Shown here: positions 25,981 through 35,297 of the stretch, piece by piece
Numbering within the stretch: the stretch's first letter is position 1
Layout: every line of letters begins with the position of its first letter
Source: a virus
Taxonomy: Duplodnaviria > Caudoviricetes
Reading direction: 5' to 3' (one strand)
Length of the DNA stretch: 55,442 bases
IMG/VR virus record: IMGVR_UViG_3300009159_000086
Span: 1-55,442 of that record
Translations under genes and position numbers: made by a program
Notes under the pieces: generated by a model
The model's input: only the letters and a program-made list of their open reading frames with translations
The model's database searches: none
What the model was told of the DNA's origin: nothing

Positions 25981-26649
25981 ATGATGAAGCTATCTAAAGA
26001 AACTACGGAAATCCTAAAGAACTTTGCAGCGATCAACCCATCGCTCATCTTTCAGCCTGGTTCAGTTCAAAAGACTGTCAGTCCACAAAAGACTGTTCTC
26101 GCTAAGGCTAATATCAGCGAGAGCATCGCTACCGAGTTCGCTATCTATGACCTTTCACAGTTCATCAGCACTGTGTCTATGTTCGAAGACCCCGACCTCA
26201 ACTTCGGTGCCGAGTCTGTCGTTATCAGCAATGGCAAGGCAAGAACTACTCTGCGTTATGCGAAGAGCGACCTTATTCAAGCTCCTCCTGCTAAGGAAAT
26301 CAACCTTCCTTCTACGGAGATTTCTTTCACGCTTGAGGCTGGTGCTCTTCAGAGTGCATTGCGCGCCGCTGGTGTGCTTGGATTGCCTGAGCTTGGTCTA
26401 GTTGGTAAGAACGGCAAGGCTTATCTCACTGCGCTTGACTCGAAGAACGAAGGTTCAAACACTTTCGAGTACGAGGTCGGTGAAGCTGCGGCGAACTATC
26501 GTATGGTCTTCAAGATTGATAATCTCAAGATTCTTAATCGCGAGTACGAGGTTCGAGTTTCTGCTAAGGGAATCTCGCATTTCAAGTCGAAGACTGGGGA
26601 TGTTGAATACTGGATTGCCACTGAGCAAGGCAGCAAGTACGGTGACTAA
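25981..26649 (+). CDS. g45: Sliding clamp gp45
   Basis: MKLSKET.EILKNFA.IN.S, FAIYDL, YWIA.E. Confidence 0.96.
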   Translation: MMKLSKETTEILKNFAAINPSLIFQPGSVQKTVSPQKTVLAKANISESIATEFAIYDLSQFISTVSMFEDPDLNFGAESVVISNGKARTTLRYAKSDLIQAPPAKEINLPSTEISFTLEAGALQSALRAAGVLGLPELGLVGKNGKAYLTALDSKNEGSNTFEYEVGEAAANYRMVFKIDNLKILNREYEVRVSAKGISHFKSKTGDVEYWIATEQGSKYGD

Positions 26650-26652
26650 TAT

Positions 26653-26682
26653 AGGGGAGCTTCGGCTCCCCTTCCTACTTTT
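26653..26682 (+). terminator. Hairpin with UUCG tetraloop (terminator or processing site)
   Basis: AGGGGAGC-TTCG-GCTCCCCT, interrupted U tract. Confidence 0.65.
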
Positions 26683-26693
26683 GATATGGAGCC

Positions 26694-27635
26694 ATGATGC
26701 GCGAAGAATTCCTCTGGGTTGAAAAGTATCGTCCTCATAAAATCGCAGATTGTGTTCTGCCTGATAACCTAAAGACCACGTTTCAAAAATTCGTAGACGA
26801 TGGCAATATTCCTAATCTACTTCTGAGCGGAACAGCAGGAGTCGGTAAGACTACTGTTGCTCGTGCTATGCTTGATGAAATCGACGCCGACTATATCATT
26901 ATCAACGGATCTATGAATGGAAATATCGACACTCTTCGCAACGATATTCGAAACTTTGCTGCAACCGTATCGTTCGGCGGCGGCAGAAAGTATGTTATCC
27001 TTGATGAGTCTGATTACCTTAACGCTAATTCCACTCAACCTGCTCTTCGCAATTTTATGGAAGAGTTCTCGTCTAACTGTGGTTTTATCCTTACATGTAA
27101 TTTTATCAATCGTATCATCGATCCTTTGCATTCTCGCTGCTCTGTAATTGAGTTCAAGATTGGTAATAAAGAAAAGGCGACGCTCGCTAAGGAATTCCTC
27201 TCACGTGCGTGCGGAATCCTGGATCAAGAGAACGTCACCTACGATAAGAAGGTTGTTGCCGAAGTTATCATGAAGCACTTCCCCGATTGGCGTCGTGTTC
27301 TCAATGAGTTACAGCGTTATGGAACTTCTGGTAACATTGATGCTGGTATTCTTGCGTCGGTTGACAACGTAGAAATCAAGGAACTCGTCAAGTATCTCAA
27401 GGCTCGCGAGTTTGAGAATATGCGTAAGTGGGTCGGACAGAACGCTAGTATGGACGTGAACGTTCTGTTCCGTAGGCTTTACGACGCATCGAGTGCTATC
27501 CTTAAGCCTGAGTCTATTCCCGCGCTCGTGCTCGCGCTCGCGGACTATCAGTATAAGGCTGCGTTCGTGGTGGATCAGGAAATCAATATGTCCGCCTGTA
27601 TGACCCAAATCATGATGGACTGCGAATTCAAGTGA
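26694..27635 (+). CDS. g44: Clamp loader large subunit gp44
   Basis: LWVEKYRP, GTAGVGKTT, ILDE, PLHSRC. Confidence 0.97.
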   Translation: MMREEFLWVEKYRPHKIADCVLPDNLKTTFQKFVDDGNIPNLLLSGTAGVGKTTVARAMLDEIDADYIIINGSMNGNIDTLRNDIRNFAATVSFGGGRKYVILDESDYLNANSTQPALRNFMEEFSSNCGFILTCNFINRIIDPLHSRCSVIEFKIGNKEKATLAKEFLSRACGILDQENVTYDKKVVAEVIMKHFPDWRRVLNELQRYGTSGNIDAGILASVDNVEIKELVKYLKAREFENMRKWVGQNASMDVNVLFRRLYDASSAILKPESIPALVLALADYQYKAAFVVDQEINMSACMTQIMMDCEFK

Positions 27636-28336
27636 TCCCTATCTACATCCCTACTCGTGGCTTAGTGACTACGACCTACGACTCATTGCCTGATGCTCTT
27701 AAGGCTAACGTCGTACTCATGGGACATGATAAGCCTATCGCAGAAAAGCGACAGATCATCCTAGATGGTGCTGTGTCGCTTAATCAACCATTCTTTGTGA
27801 TGGTTGATGATGACTGTACGTTCACACGCTACGAAGATGGCGTATGCACGAATAAGCCTGCTACAGCTGAGGATTTCGCAGTTTTCTATAAGAAGGCTAT
27901 GAAGCTATTCACTCGCTACAATAATCTAGCGATGATCAGCGATCACCCGAGAGCCTTTTCCAATACGGATAAAGATTACTCTGGTGGTTTGAGCAAGTTC
28001 GTGTTACACTATACGGATAGAGTAAAGTCTGCGCGATATGATCGTATTGGCTTATTCGAAGACGTGGATTTCTACCTCCAGCTCGCGCGCGAGGGAAAAG
28101 CCTACGTCAAGCTGAAAAGGCTTGCAACTACGAACGACTCGCAGGACTACGTAGATATCGCCCCAGAACGTTATGAAGGTATCTTTAGAGACTGGGCTGA
28201 TAATTTTCCTAACGTGACTATCGACTGGTCCAAACCATCGGTGTTCGCTGGGAATAAAAAGATACCGGTGACTGTGAGATTCAAGTATAATAAGCTTGCG
28301 TCTCAATCTATCTTTGATATTATGGGAAATATGTGA
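27632..28336 (+). CDS. GT-A glycosyltransferase, TET-associated (TAGT)-like
   Basis: IYIPTRG, KRQIILD, FVMVDDD, FEDVDFYLQL. Confidence 0.55.
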   Translation: MIPIYIPTRGLVTTTYDSLPDALKANVVLMGHDKPIAEKRQIILDGAVSLNQPFFVMVDDDCTFTRYEDGVCTNKPATAEDFAVFYKKAMKLFTRYNNLAMISDHPRAFSNTDKDYSGGLSKFVLHYTDRVKSARYDRIGLFEDVDFYLQLAREGKAYVKLKRLATTNDSQDYVDIAPERYEGIFRDWADNFPNVTIDWSKPSVFAGNKKIPVTVRFKYNKLASQSIFDIMGNM

Positions 28337-28899
28337 TGAGTAAGATCAACGAACTCGCTACCCTTATCCAAGAACAAACTCCGTGGCAACCAATTTCTTC
28401 AGTGAATTCGCGTGGTGCTTATCATCCAGGCGTTAAGATGTCTGGCGTGTATCAAATATCGACGCAACAGGTCGACGAATATATTCATGAGGAAATCGGT
28501 TATGTTGGTATGTCCAAGAACGTCGAGGATCGTATCTACGGCGTGAAACTTGGGTTCTACGGCAAGAAAAGCAGCAATCATACGGCTGGAAAATGGTTGA
28601 AGTCGAATGGATTCGACCCTGATACAACCTATTATCGTATCCTTTTCTGTGAAGAAGCACTGAAGGTTGAACGTATCCTACACGAAGCTAATAGGAAAGA
28701 GTTTGGTTGCACATATAAATGGCAGGGAGCTGGTGGAAATCAAGCTGGTCGAGATTTCCAGTTGCAAGAAATGATTAACGAGCTTTCTATTACCTCTATC
28801 GTGGAAGACGTTATTCCTATGGTTGAGCGTAAGATTGGTCGCGAACTCCTTATCGCGCTGATCAATAAAGAAATCACTATTAAGGCTATCGACGAATAA
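28333..28899 (+). CDS. GIY-YIG-like endonuclease
   Basis: SGVYQI...IGYVGMSKNVEDRI...E. Confidence 0.55.
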   Translation: MMSKINELATLIQEQTPWQPISSVNSRGAYHPGVKMSGVYQISTQQVDEYIHEEIGYVGMSKNVEDRIYGVKLGFYGKKSSNHTAGKWLKSNGFDPDTTYYRILFCEEALKVERILHEANRKEFGCTYKWQGAGGNQAGRDFQLQEMINELSITSIVEDVIPMVERKIGRELLIALINKEITIKAIDE

Positions 28900-28910
28900 G
28901 GATATATATT

Positions 28911-29285
28911 ATGAATCGCGCTAACAACGTTCCTGTGATAACTCGCTCTATTCTTCCAACAAATGACAGACAAGTCGTGACCATAGAAGGTACGACTGGA
29001 CCTAATGTGAAATTTTGTGTGAATTGTAATCAGCTCTACTCTATCACGAGCTTTTATCTTCGTGCGCCTAATCGTCTCACTAAAGAAGGTCAGACGAATC
29101 ATGAGCTTAAAAGCAAGTATCATAAATATTCTGTTGTTAAGAACCAAACAGAAAAGCGTTGCATACCTTGTCGTGACGAACAAATTGACGCGAATCGCCG
29201 TAAGCAAACATTCTTGAAAAAGATACGTTCAGGTAAGATACAAGTGATTGGTCCGCTCGATAATCCAGAGCTCTATAATGAGTAA
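28911..29285 (+). CDS. Hypothetical Zn-finger protein
   Basis: KFCVNC...FY...RCIPC (two CxxC). Confidence 0.55.
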   Translation: MNRANNVPVITRSILPTNDRQVVTIEGTTGPNVKFCVNCNQLYSITSFYLRAPNRLTKEGQTNHELKSKYHKYSVVKNQTEKRCIPCRDEQIDANRRKQTFLKKIRSGKIQVIGPLDNPELYNE

Positions 29286-29670
29286 TCCATTTACCTACGT
29301 TGATAGTGTCAGCTATTCTAAAAAGAACCTGATGAGGGGGTCTGAGAACGACGAGCTTTCAGAAAAAGGATATAAACCTTTTCTAACGAATCGTTCGCTT
29401 TCTTATCACCAAGATTCTGTTCTCTACGCGAACGAAATGAACCTGCGACCGCAGCTCGATAATAAGCAACAATACGAGTATTTACTAAATACTTTGCGGA
29501 AGCGTAAAAGGTTCGCAAAGTGGAAAAAACAAGAACCTGACGCATCCGTTGAAATGATCATGGAGTATTTTGGCTATGGTCGTGCTAAAGCGGAACAAGC
29601 TATGCGCGTATTAACCGATGACCAGTTGACCATGATCGAGAGTGCTCTCGACAAAGGTGGAAAAGGATGA
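29278..29670 (+). CDS. g62: Clamp loader small subunit gp62
   Basis: NRSLSY..DSVLYANEMN, RKRKRFAKW, YFGY..KA, KGG. Confidence 0.95.
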   Translation: MSNPFTYVDSVSYSKKNLMRGSENDELSEKGYKPFLTNRSLSYHQDSVLYANEMNLRPQLDNKQQYEYLLNTLRKRKRFAKWKKQEPDASVEMIMEYFGYGRAKAEQAMRVLTDDQLTMIESALDKGGKG

Positions 29671-30074
29671 ATGCATCGGTTGAAAATATGGTCGAAGTTA
29701 AGCTACGATCAGCAGAAGATTTCCTTAAAATTAGAGAAACATTAACTCGTATCGGGGTCGCATCTCGACGCGATAAGGTGCTGTTTCAATCGTGTCATAT
29801 CCTACACAAACAGGGGCGATACTATATCGTTCACTTTAAAGAACTGTTTGCTCTTGATGGTAAGCCTACAAACTTTTCTGAAGAAGATATGGCTCGTCGT
29901 AATACGATTGCTAATCTGCTCGCCGAATGGGAGCTGATTGATATCGTAAATACTCAACGAACAAACGATATTGTTGCTCCTCTAAACCAGATAAAGATCA
30001 TAGCACACAAAGAAAAAACTGAGTGGAAACTCGAAGCAAAATATAATATCGGGAAGAAACGCACAAACGACTGA
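29667..30074 (+). CDS. regA: Translational repressor RegA
   Basis: DFLKIRETLTRIGVAS, QSCHILHKQGRYYIVHFKELFALDG. Confidence 0.97.
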   Translation: MNASVENMVEVKLRSAEDFLKIRETLTRIGVASRRDKVLFQSCHILHKQGRYYIVHFKELFALDGKPTNFSEEDMARRNTIANLLAEWELIDIVNTQRTNDIVAPLNQIKIIAHKEKTEWKLEAKYNIGKKRTND

Positions 30075-30082
30075 TATAAATA
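30075..30082 (+). promoter_or_regulatory. Late promoter TATAAATA of hsp20
   Basis: Exact consensus immediately after regA stop. Confidence 0.8.
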
Positions 30083-30087
30083 AAACC

Positions 30088-30132
30088 GTGATGCCCTCGG
30101 GGTCGCATAACACAACCTTGCTTAACAGGAGG
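30088..30132 (+). promoter_or_regulatory. ROSE-like RNA thermometer candidate in hsp20 5' UTR
   Basis: Two hairpins; second is CCTTGCT-TAAC-AGGAGG with a bulged G opposite the SD. Confidence 0.55.
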
Positions 30133-30139
30133 CAATATA

Positions 30140-30595
30140 ATGACTAAAGAATACGCACAACTTCCTTCGCCTTTCACTTCTTTTGATCCATTCTCTGTCG
30201 GTTTCGACAAGACATTCAAGCTGCTATCTTCGCAGTTGGATGGTATCGGTAAGAACCTTCCTGGATATCCCCCATATAATATCAAGAAGGTCGATGATAA
30301 CAAGTATGTTATCGAAATGGCGGTTGCGGGTTTCGCAAAGACAGACATCGAGCTGACTCTCGATGGTGGTAAGCTAACCATTGCTGGTAAGACTAAGGAT
30401 GCCAGCGATATGGATAAGGCTACCGAATACTACTTCTACAAGGGAATCGCAGAGCGTGCGTTCAATCGTACCTTCACTCTTGCTGATACTGTAGAAGTTA
30501 AGAACGCCGAGTTGATGAACGGCATTCTTAAGGTCTGGCTGGAAAACTTTATTCCTGAGAACCAGAAACCTAAGAAAATCGAAATCAAGGACTAA
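30140..30595 (+). CDS. hsp20: Small heat-shock protein Hsp20 (IbpA-like)
   Basis: YPPYNI, IEMAVAGF, KGIAERAF.RTFTL, NGIL. Confidence 0.95.
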   Translation: MTKEYAQLPSPFTSFDPFSVGFDKTFKLLSSQLDGIGKNLPGYPPYNIKKVDDNKYVIEMAVAGFAKTDIELTLDGGKLTIAGKTKDASDMDKATEYYFYKGIAERAFNRTFTLADTVEVKNAELMNGILKVWLENFIPENQKPKKIEIKD

Positions 30596-30623
30596 TTAAA
30601 ACCCATTGAGATTTTCGTAATGC

Positions 30624-30650
30624 AGCGGGCTGGGAAACTAGCCCGCTTTA
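30624..30650 (+). terminator. Rho-independent terminator
   Basis: AGCGGGCTGG-GAAA-CTAGCCCGCT then TT. Confidence 0.65.
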
Positions 30651-30669
30651 TCTGTTTCAGGAGACACAT

Positions 30670-30819
30670 ATGCTAGAATGGTACAAAAGAACACGTCGAT
30701 ATTACTCTGTAGTCACAGAACTTAATAATTTAAACGATAAAGAACTCGCAGACATTGGATTAACTCGTGGCGAAATCGTTTTCGTTGCATTAGAAATGTA
30801 TGCCAAACATGAAATCTAA
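30670..30819 (+). CDS. DUF1127 (YjiS-like) small protein (49 aa, not in ORF track)
   Basis: MLEWYKRTRRYYSVVTELNNLNDKELADIGLTRGEI...; L..L.D..L.DIGL.R signature; SD AGGAG. Confidence 0.85.
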   Translation: MLEWYKRTRRYYSVVTELNNLNDKELADIGLTRGEIVFVALEMYAKHEI

Positions 30820-30844
30820 TAAATAGCGTCAAAAGGAGGCCATC

Positions 30845-31462
30845 ATGGCACTAGTGACGTTTGATCAGCTTAACGAATTTTTCGAAGACACTTCTGAGAA
30901 TATTGTTCAAAACTATGTAGAACCACTCAACGAAGTATTAGAATTCTACGAAATCAATAACAAGAATAGAATTTCGATGTTTCTTGCTCAGGTAGGGCAC
31001 GAATCGGGTGGATTGTCTATCATTAAGGAAAACCTTAACTATTCAGCTGATCGTCTGAAAGTTATTTTCCCTAAGTATTTTCGTGGAGTTGACGTTAGTG
31101 GATACGCAAAAAATCCTAGAGCGATTGCTAATCGTGTGTATGCTAATCGCATGGGCAATGGTGATGAAAATTCTGGTGATGGTTTTCGTTACTGTGGGCG
31201 TGGTCTCATTCAATTAACAGGTAAGTCTAACTATACTGCTTTTGCGCAAGACATGAACATGTCACTCGAAGAAGCTACTGAATGGCTTAACGAATACGAA
31301 GGAGCTACCTGGAGCGCTGGTTGGTTCTGGGATTCCCGTGAGCTTAATCAATGGGCTGATAAGGGTGATATCCTAACTGTAACTAAGAAAATCAATGGTG
31401 GAACTATAGGTCTGGAAGACCGCAAATCTCATTATGAAGCTGCACTAGAAATTTTTTCATAA
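30845..31462 (+). CDS. GH19 chitinase-like endolysin
   Basis: FLAQVGHESGG, ENLNYS, GDGFRYCGRGLIQLTGKSNY, TKKINGG..GL.DR; AATAAATA at 30818-30825. Confidence 0.92.
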   Translation: MALVTFDQLNEFFEDTSENIVQNYVEPLNEVLEFYEINNKNRISMFLAQVGHESGGLSIIKENLNYSADRLKVIFPKYFRGVDVSGYAKNPRAIANRVYANRMGNGDENSGDGFRYCGRGLIQLTGKSNYTAFAQDMNMSLEEATEWLNEYEGATWSAGWFWDSRELNQWADKGDILTVTKKINGGTIGLEDRKSHYEAALEIFS

Positions 31463-31471
31463 GGAGATATT

Positions 31472-31942
31472 ATGCCTAAGTTCGGATTACCAGACGAAGA
31501 CGCATTACCAAAGCCAGCTATGGATCAGTTGCCACCTGCTACTAAGGGAGCAGCAGCTGCTATTCCATCTACATATGTAGACACGATGCCTCGTGCAGCT
31601 GCTCCTGCTCCTGCAATGCAACTTTCTGAAGCAGCTCAGCTTGCTAAGATTGAACTGGAAAAGAAACAGTGGGAAGCAGAAAACGCAAAGCAGAATGAAG
31701 ACTGGATGGTTAAGAAATGGCGTCCCGCTATGGGTTGGTGTTATATGGTTATCTGTTGCCTTGATATGGCCATATTCCCAGTCATGTGGAACGTTGTGCA
31801 AGTGCTTACTAAAGCTCCTATCACTCAGTGGAATCCACTCACGCTGCAAGGCGCTGGTCTATTCCACTTAGCTATGGGTGCAGTTCTTGGTATTGCAGCT
31901 TGGTCTAGAGGACAAGAAAAGATTCAAGGCGTGACAAAGTAA
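31472..31942 (+). CDS. Putative holin (GTA 3TM-holin-like)
   Basis: KWRPAMGW, hydrophobic helices, RGQEK C-terminus; directly after endolysin. Confidence 0.7.
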   Translation: MPKFGLPDEDALPKPAMDQLPPATKGAAAAIPSTYVDTMPRAAAPAPAMQLSEAAQLAKIELEKKQWEAENAKQNEDWMVKKWRPAMGWCYMVICCLDMAIFPVMWNVVQVLTKAPITQWNPLTLQGAGLFHLAMGAVLGIAAWSRGQEKIQGVTK

Positions 31943-31951
31943 GGAAGTGAA

Positions 31952-32293
31952 ATGAATATTAATCCTATGAATATGAATGATGAGAATCGCAATACAACTG
32001 TCATGATGCTGCGTTTGCTTAATGGTGATGAAATCGTAGGTAAGGTTGGTGTTGCTGGCAATATGATTAGAGTTCTTAAGCCAGCAGCAGTAATGCTAAA
32101 TCCAGGTCCAGGTGGCAAAGCTCAAATGGCTCTAGTAGATTTCATCCCGATGGCTCGTACTAAGGAAATTATTCTAGATCCTCGTAATGTTATGTTCACA
32201 TACGAACCAGATGACCAAATCGAATCTGCTTACAATCAGAATTTCGGTTCAGGGCTTGTGCTTCCTAAGAAAGGAATCTTGACAACTGTGTAG
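31952..32293 (+). CDS. Conserved hypothetical protein (Sm-like fold suspected)
   Basis: LRLLNGDEIVG...YNQNFGSGLVLP; usual position upstream of g43. Confidence 0.65.
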   Translation: MNINPMNMNDENRNTTVMMLRLLNGDEIVGKVGVAGNMIRVLKPAAVMLNPGPGGKAQMALVDFIPMARTKEIILDPRNVMFTYEPDDQIESAYNQNFGSGLVLPKKGILTTV

Positions 32294-32307
32294 TATCGTG
32301 GTACTAT
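32279..32307 (+). promoter_or_regulatory. sigma70-type promoter of g43
   Basis: TTGACA-N17-TACTAT with TG extension. Confidence 0.8.
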
Positions 32308-32312
32308 AAGAT

Positions 32313-34829
32313 ATGTCAAAATTTTATACAAATGCAGTAGAGCACGGTAACAACATTCTCGTTCGCGGTTACGACCGCGGCCGAGCGTTCGAAGAAAAGA
32401 TCCCTTATAAACCAACGATGTATCTGCCCTCGAAGCGTGAAAACGCTGAGTGGAAAGACATTCGTGGAAACAATTTGGATCCTGTCGAATTCTTGTCGAT
32501 GCGTGAAGCTAAGGATTTCATTAAGCAGTATCAAGATATCACCAACTTCAAGATATATGGGATGCCTCGTTTCCTTTACTCCTATCTGAACGAGGAGTAT
32601 CCTAACGAAATCATGTATGACCGCGACCTTATCAAAGTCGCGAATATCGATATCGAGGTGAGCTCGGAGAATGGGTTCCCGAGCGCGGATGTAGCCGCAC
32701 AAGAAATCACCGCAATTACACTCAGAAAAAATGGAATGTATTATGTGTGGGCATATCATGATTATGTGCCTTCGCGCAACGACGTCTATTACTATCAATG
32801 CAATAACGAAAAAGAGCTACTGACTAAGTTCCTAAGCGAGTGGAGTAACGGATATCCTGATGTTGTGATCGGGTGGAATATCATGTTCTTCGATATTCCT
32901 TATCTCGTGCGACGCATGAACCAGATTCTAGGTGAGTCGGCAACGAAAGCTTTCAGTCCGTGGCGTTTCTTCAATGATCGCAGAGTGAAGCGTAAGTATG
33001 GCAAAGAAGAAACAGTATACACTATCGCTGGTATTGCGACTCTAGATTATCTTGAGATGTATCAAAAATTCACTTACACTCAGCAGGAAAGCTATCGTCT
33101 AGATCATATCGGTTTCGTCGAGCTTGGTGAACGTAAGTTAGATTATTCTGAATACGATTCGCTTCATGATTTCTATATCAAGGATTTCCAAAAGTTCATC
33201 GACTATAACATTCGAGACGTTGAGCTGGTTCAAAAACTCGATGATAAGATGAAGCTTATTGATATGGCTCTCGCGCTCGCGTACGACGCGAAGGTGACGC
33301 TGCTAGATATATTCACACAAGTTCGTATGTGGGATGTTATTATCCACAACCATCTACATAAGCAAAAGATTGCAGTTCCGCTCGAAGGAGGCGGCGCTAA
33401 AGATGAAGCATATGTGGGTGCTCACGTCAAGGAACCTAAGCCTGGTGGATATGACTGGGTGATGTCTTTCGACTTGAACAGTCTGTATCCTCATCTTATC
33501 ATGCAGTATAATATCAGTCCCGAAACTCTGTATCGTGATGATCGTGGTCGTGCTGTTAAGACTAGCATTACTGTCGATGAGCTACTAGAAGGTGATATTC
33601 CATCTGTGCCTGATGGATATGGACTTGCTGCGAATGGTTGCTATTTCAAAAAAGATAAGCAAGGATTCCTTCCAGAAATAATGGAGCGTATGTATAATGA
33701 TCGCGTAGTGTATAAAGATAAGATGATTGCTGCTCAAAAGGAGCATGAGGCTACTAGCTCTAAGCAATCATATAATGATATTTCCCGATATAAAAATATG
33801 CAAATGGCTAAAAAAATCCAGCTGAACTCAGCTTACGGTGCTATCGGTAATCCTCATTTCCGTTTCTTTGACATTGATCAAGCAACTGCTATTACTCTTG
33901 GTGGTCAGCTATCAATTCGTTGGGCTGAATCTGAAATGAATAAGTATCTCAATAAACTATTGAAAACAGGGGATTATGATTATGTTATTGCGTCGGATAC
34001 GGATTCGCTTTATATTAGCTTTGACAAGTTGGTACATAGCGTCTTTGGGAAAAGAATTGAATCTGAGGGCTTATCTCCGCAACTCAAAGAGAAGATCGTT
34101 AATTTTCTGGATAAAGTGGCTTCAGAGAAACTGGAACCAGTTATTGATAATATCTATCAAGACCTTGCTGACCGTATGTCTGCCTTCCAGCAAAAAATGA
34201 ATATGAAACGTGAGGTTATCGCTGATCGTGGTATCTGGACTGCGAAGAAACGCTATATCCTAAACGTACACGATTCTGAAGGCGTGCGCTATGCTAAACC
34301 AAAACTAAAGATGTTAGGCATTGAGGCGGTCAAGTCGTCGACTCCTGCTGTGTGTCGTGAAGCTATTAAGAATGCGCTCACTATCATCATGAACCAACCA
34401 GAAGAAGAACTGCATAAGTTTATCGCTGAATTCAAAACCAAATTCTATACTCTATCATTCGAAGAGGTTGCTTTTCCCCGTTCGGTTCAGGATGTCGCTA
34501 AATATAAAAATGAGACCAAGAGTGTTCCTATTCATGTTCGCGGTGCTCTGACATACAATAATAAAATCAAGCAGCTCAAACTACAGAAAAGATATGAGCT
34601 TATCAAAGATGGTGAGAAAGTAAGATTCTCATATCTTAAAATGCCTAATCCACTGCAAGATAATGTGATTACTGCGTTTGCTACGCTTCCACCTGAGTTT
34701 AAACTCGACGAATATATTGACTATGACACACAGTTCGAAAAAGCATTCATGGCTCCGCTTAATGCTATTCTCGATACAATCAGCTGGCACACCGAAAAGC
34801 AGAGCACACTAGAGGATTTCTTTGGATGA
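32313..34829 (+). CDS. g43: Family B DNA polymerase gp43
   Basis: Exo DIE, GWN..FDIPY, YNIRD; pol DLNSLYPH, KIQLNSAYGA, SDTDS, KKRY; C-terminal LEDFF clamp-binding motif. Confidence 0.99.
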   Translation: MSKFYTNAVEHGNNILVRGYDRGRAFEEKIPYKPTMYLPSKRENAEWKDIRGNNLDPVEFLSMREAKDFIKQYQDITNFKIYGMPRFLYSYLNEEYPNEIMYDRDLIKVANIDIEVSSENGFPSADVAAQEITAITLRKNGMYYVWAYHDYVPSRNDVYYYQCNNEKELLTKFLSEWSNGYPDVVIGWNIMFFDIPYLVRRMNQILGESATKAFSPWRFFNDRRVKRKYGKEETVYTIAGIATLDYLEMYQKFTYTQQESYRLDHIGFVELGERKLDYSEYDSLHDFYIKDFQKFIDYNIRDVELVQKLDDKMKLIDMALALAYDAKVTLLDIFTQVRMWDVIIHNHLHKQKIAVPLEGGGAKDEAYVGAHVKEPKPGGYDWVMSFDLNSLYPHLIMQYNISPETLYRDDRGRAVKTSITVDELLEGDIPSVPDGYGLAANGCYFKKDKQGFLPEIMERMYNDRVVYKDKMIAAQKEHEATSSKQSYNDISRYKNMQMAKKIQLNSAYGAIGNPHFRFFDIDQATAITLGGQLSIRWAESEMNKYLNKLLKTGDYDYVIASDTDSLYISFDKLVHSVFGKRIESEGLSPQLKEKIVNFLDKVASEKLEPVIDNIYQDLADRMSAFQQKMNMKREVIADRGIWTAKKRYILNVHDSEGVRYAKPKLKMLGIEAVKSSTPAVCREAIKNALTIIMNQPEEELHKFIAEFKTKFYTLSFEEVAFPRSVQDVAKYKNETKSVPIHVRGALTYNNKIKQLKLQKRYELIKDGEKVRFSYLKMPNPLQDNVITAFATLPPEFKLDEYIDYDTQFEKAFMAPLNAILDTISWHTEKQSTLEDFFG

Positions 34830-35017
34830 GTAAGAGGTTAGGTCCGAACGATCTTGATAAGATGCCGTTTGAACAAAGAGAAAAATATAGGGACAAGATG
34901 CGAAAAGAAACAGCCTACACTAAATCTTTTAGTACAAGGCAATCTTTTGGTGCGGCTAGTAAAGTTAGGCATATATCTGTTGAAGACTACTTGAAGGAAA
35001 AACAAAATGGCAATTAA
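34826..35017 (+). CDS. Hypothetical protein
   Basis: 63 aa, ATGA overlap with g43. Confidence 0.55.
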   Translation: MSKRLGPNDLDKMPFEQREKYRDKMRKETAYTKSFSTRQSFGAASKVRHISVEDYLKEKQNGN

Positions 35018-35297
35018 AGTACCCGCAGAATATGCCGACTACGACTTTGGTTTCACTGGAGTCGATGAAAGCGAAATCAAGCACGATGTTCTACAAGAAC
35101 TAAACGCTAAGGGTGAAGCTCTTACTGCTAAGGAAGAAGAGCTAGCTCATAAGATTAAGGTTCTTGAAAGCATTATCGTACCTCTGCTGAATAATCTAAT
35201 CAAGACAGCAGAGAAAGAATATATCTATTGGCCGAATCGTACTGAGAAGTGTCAGGAGATGTTAGATAAGGTTCTTAGAACCACACGAGGTCTATGA
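35007..35297 (+). CDS. Conserved hypothetical protein
   Basis: DFGFTGVD...PLLNNL...YIYWPNR. Confidence 0.7.
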   Translation: MAIKVPAEYADYDFGFTGVDESEIKHDVLQELNAKGEALTAKEEELAHKIKVLESIIVPLLNNLIKTAEKEYIYWPNRTEKCQEMLDKVLRTTRGL

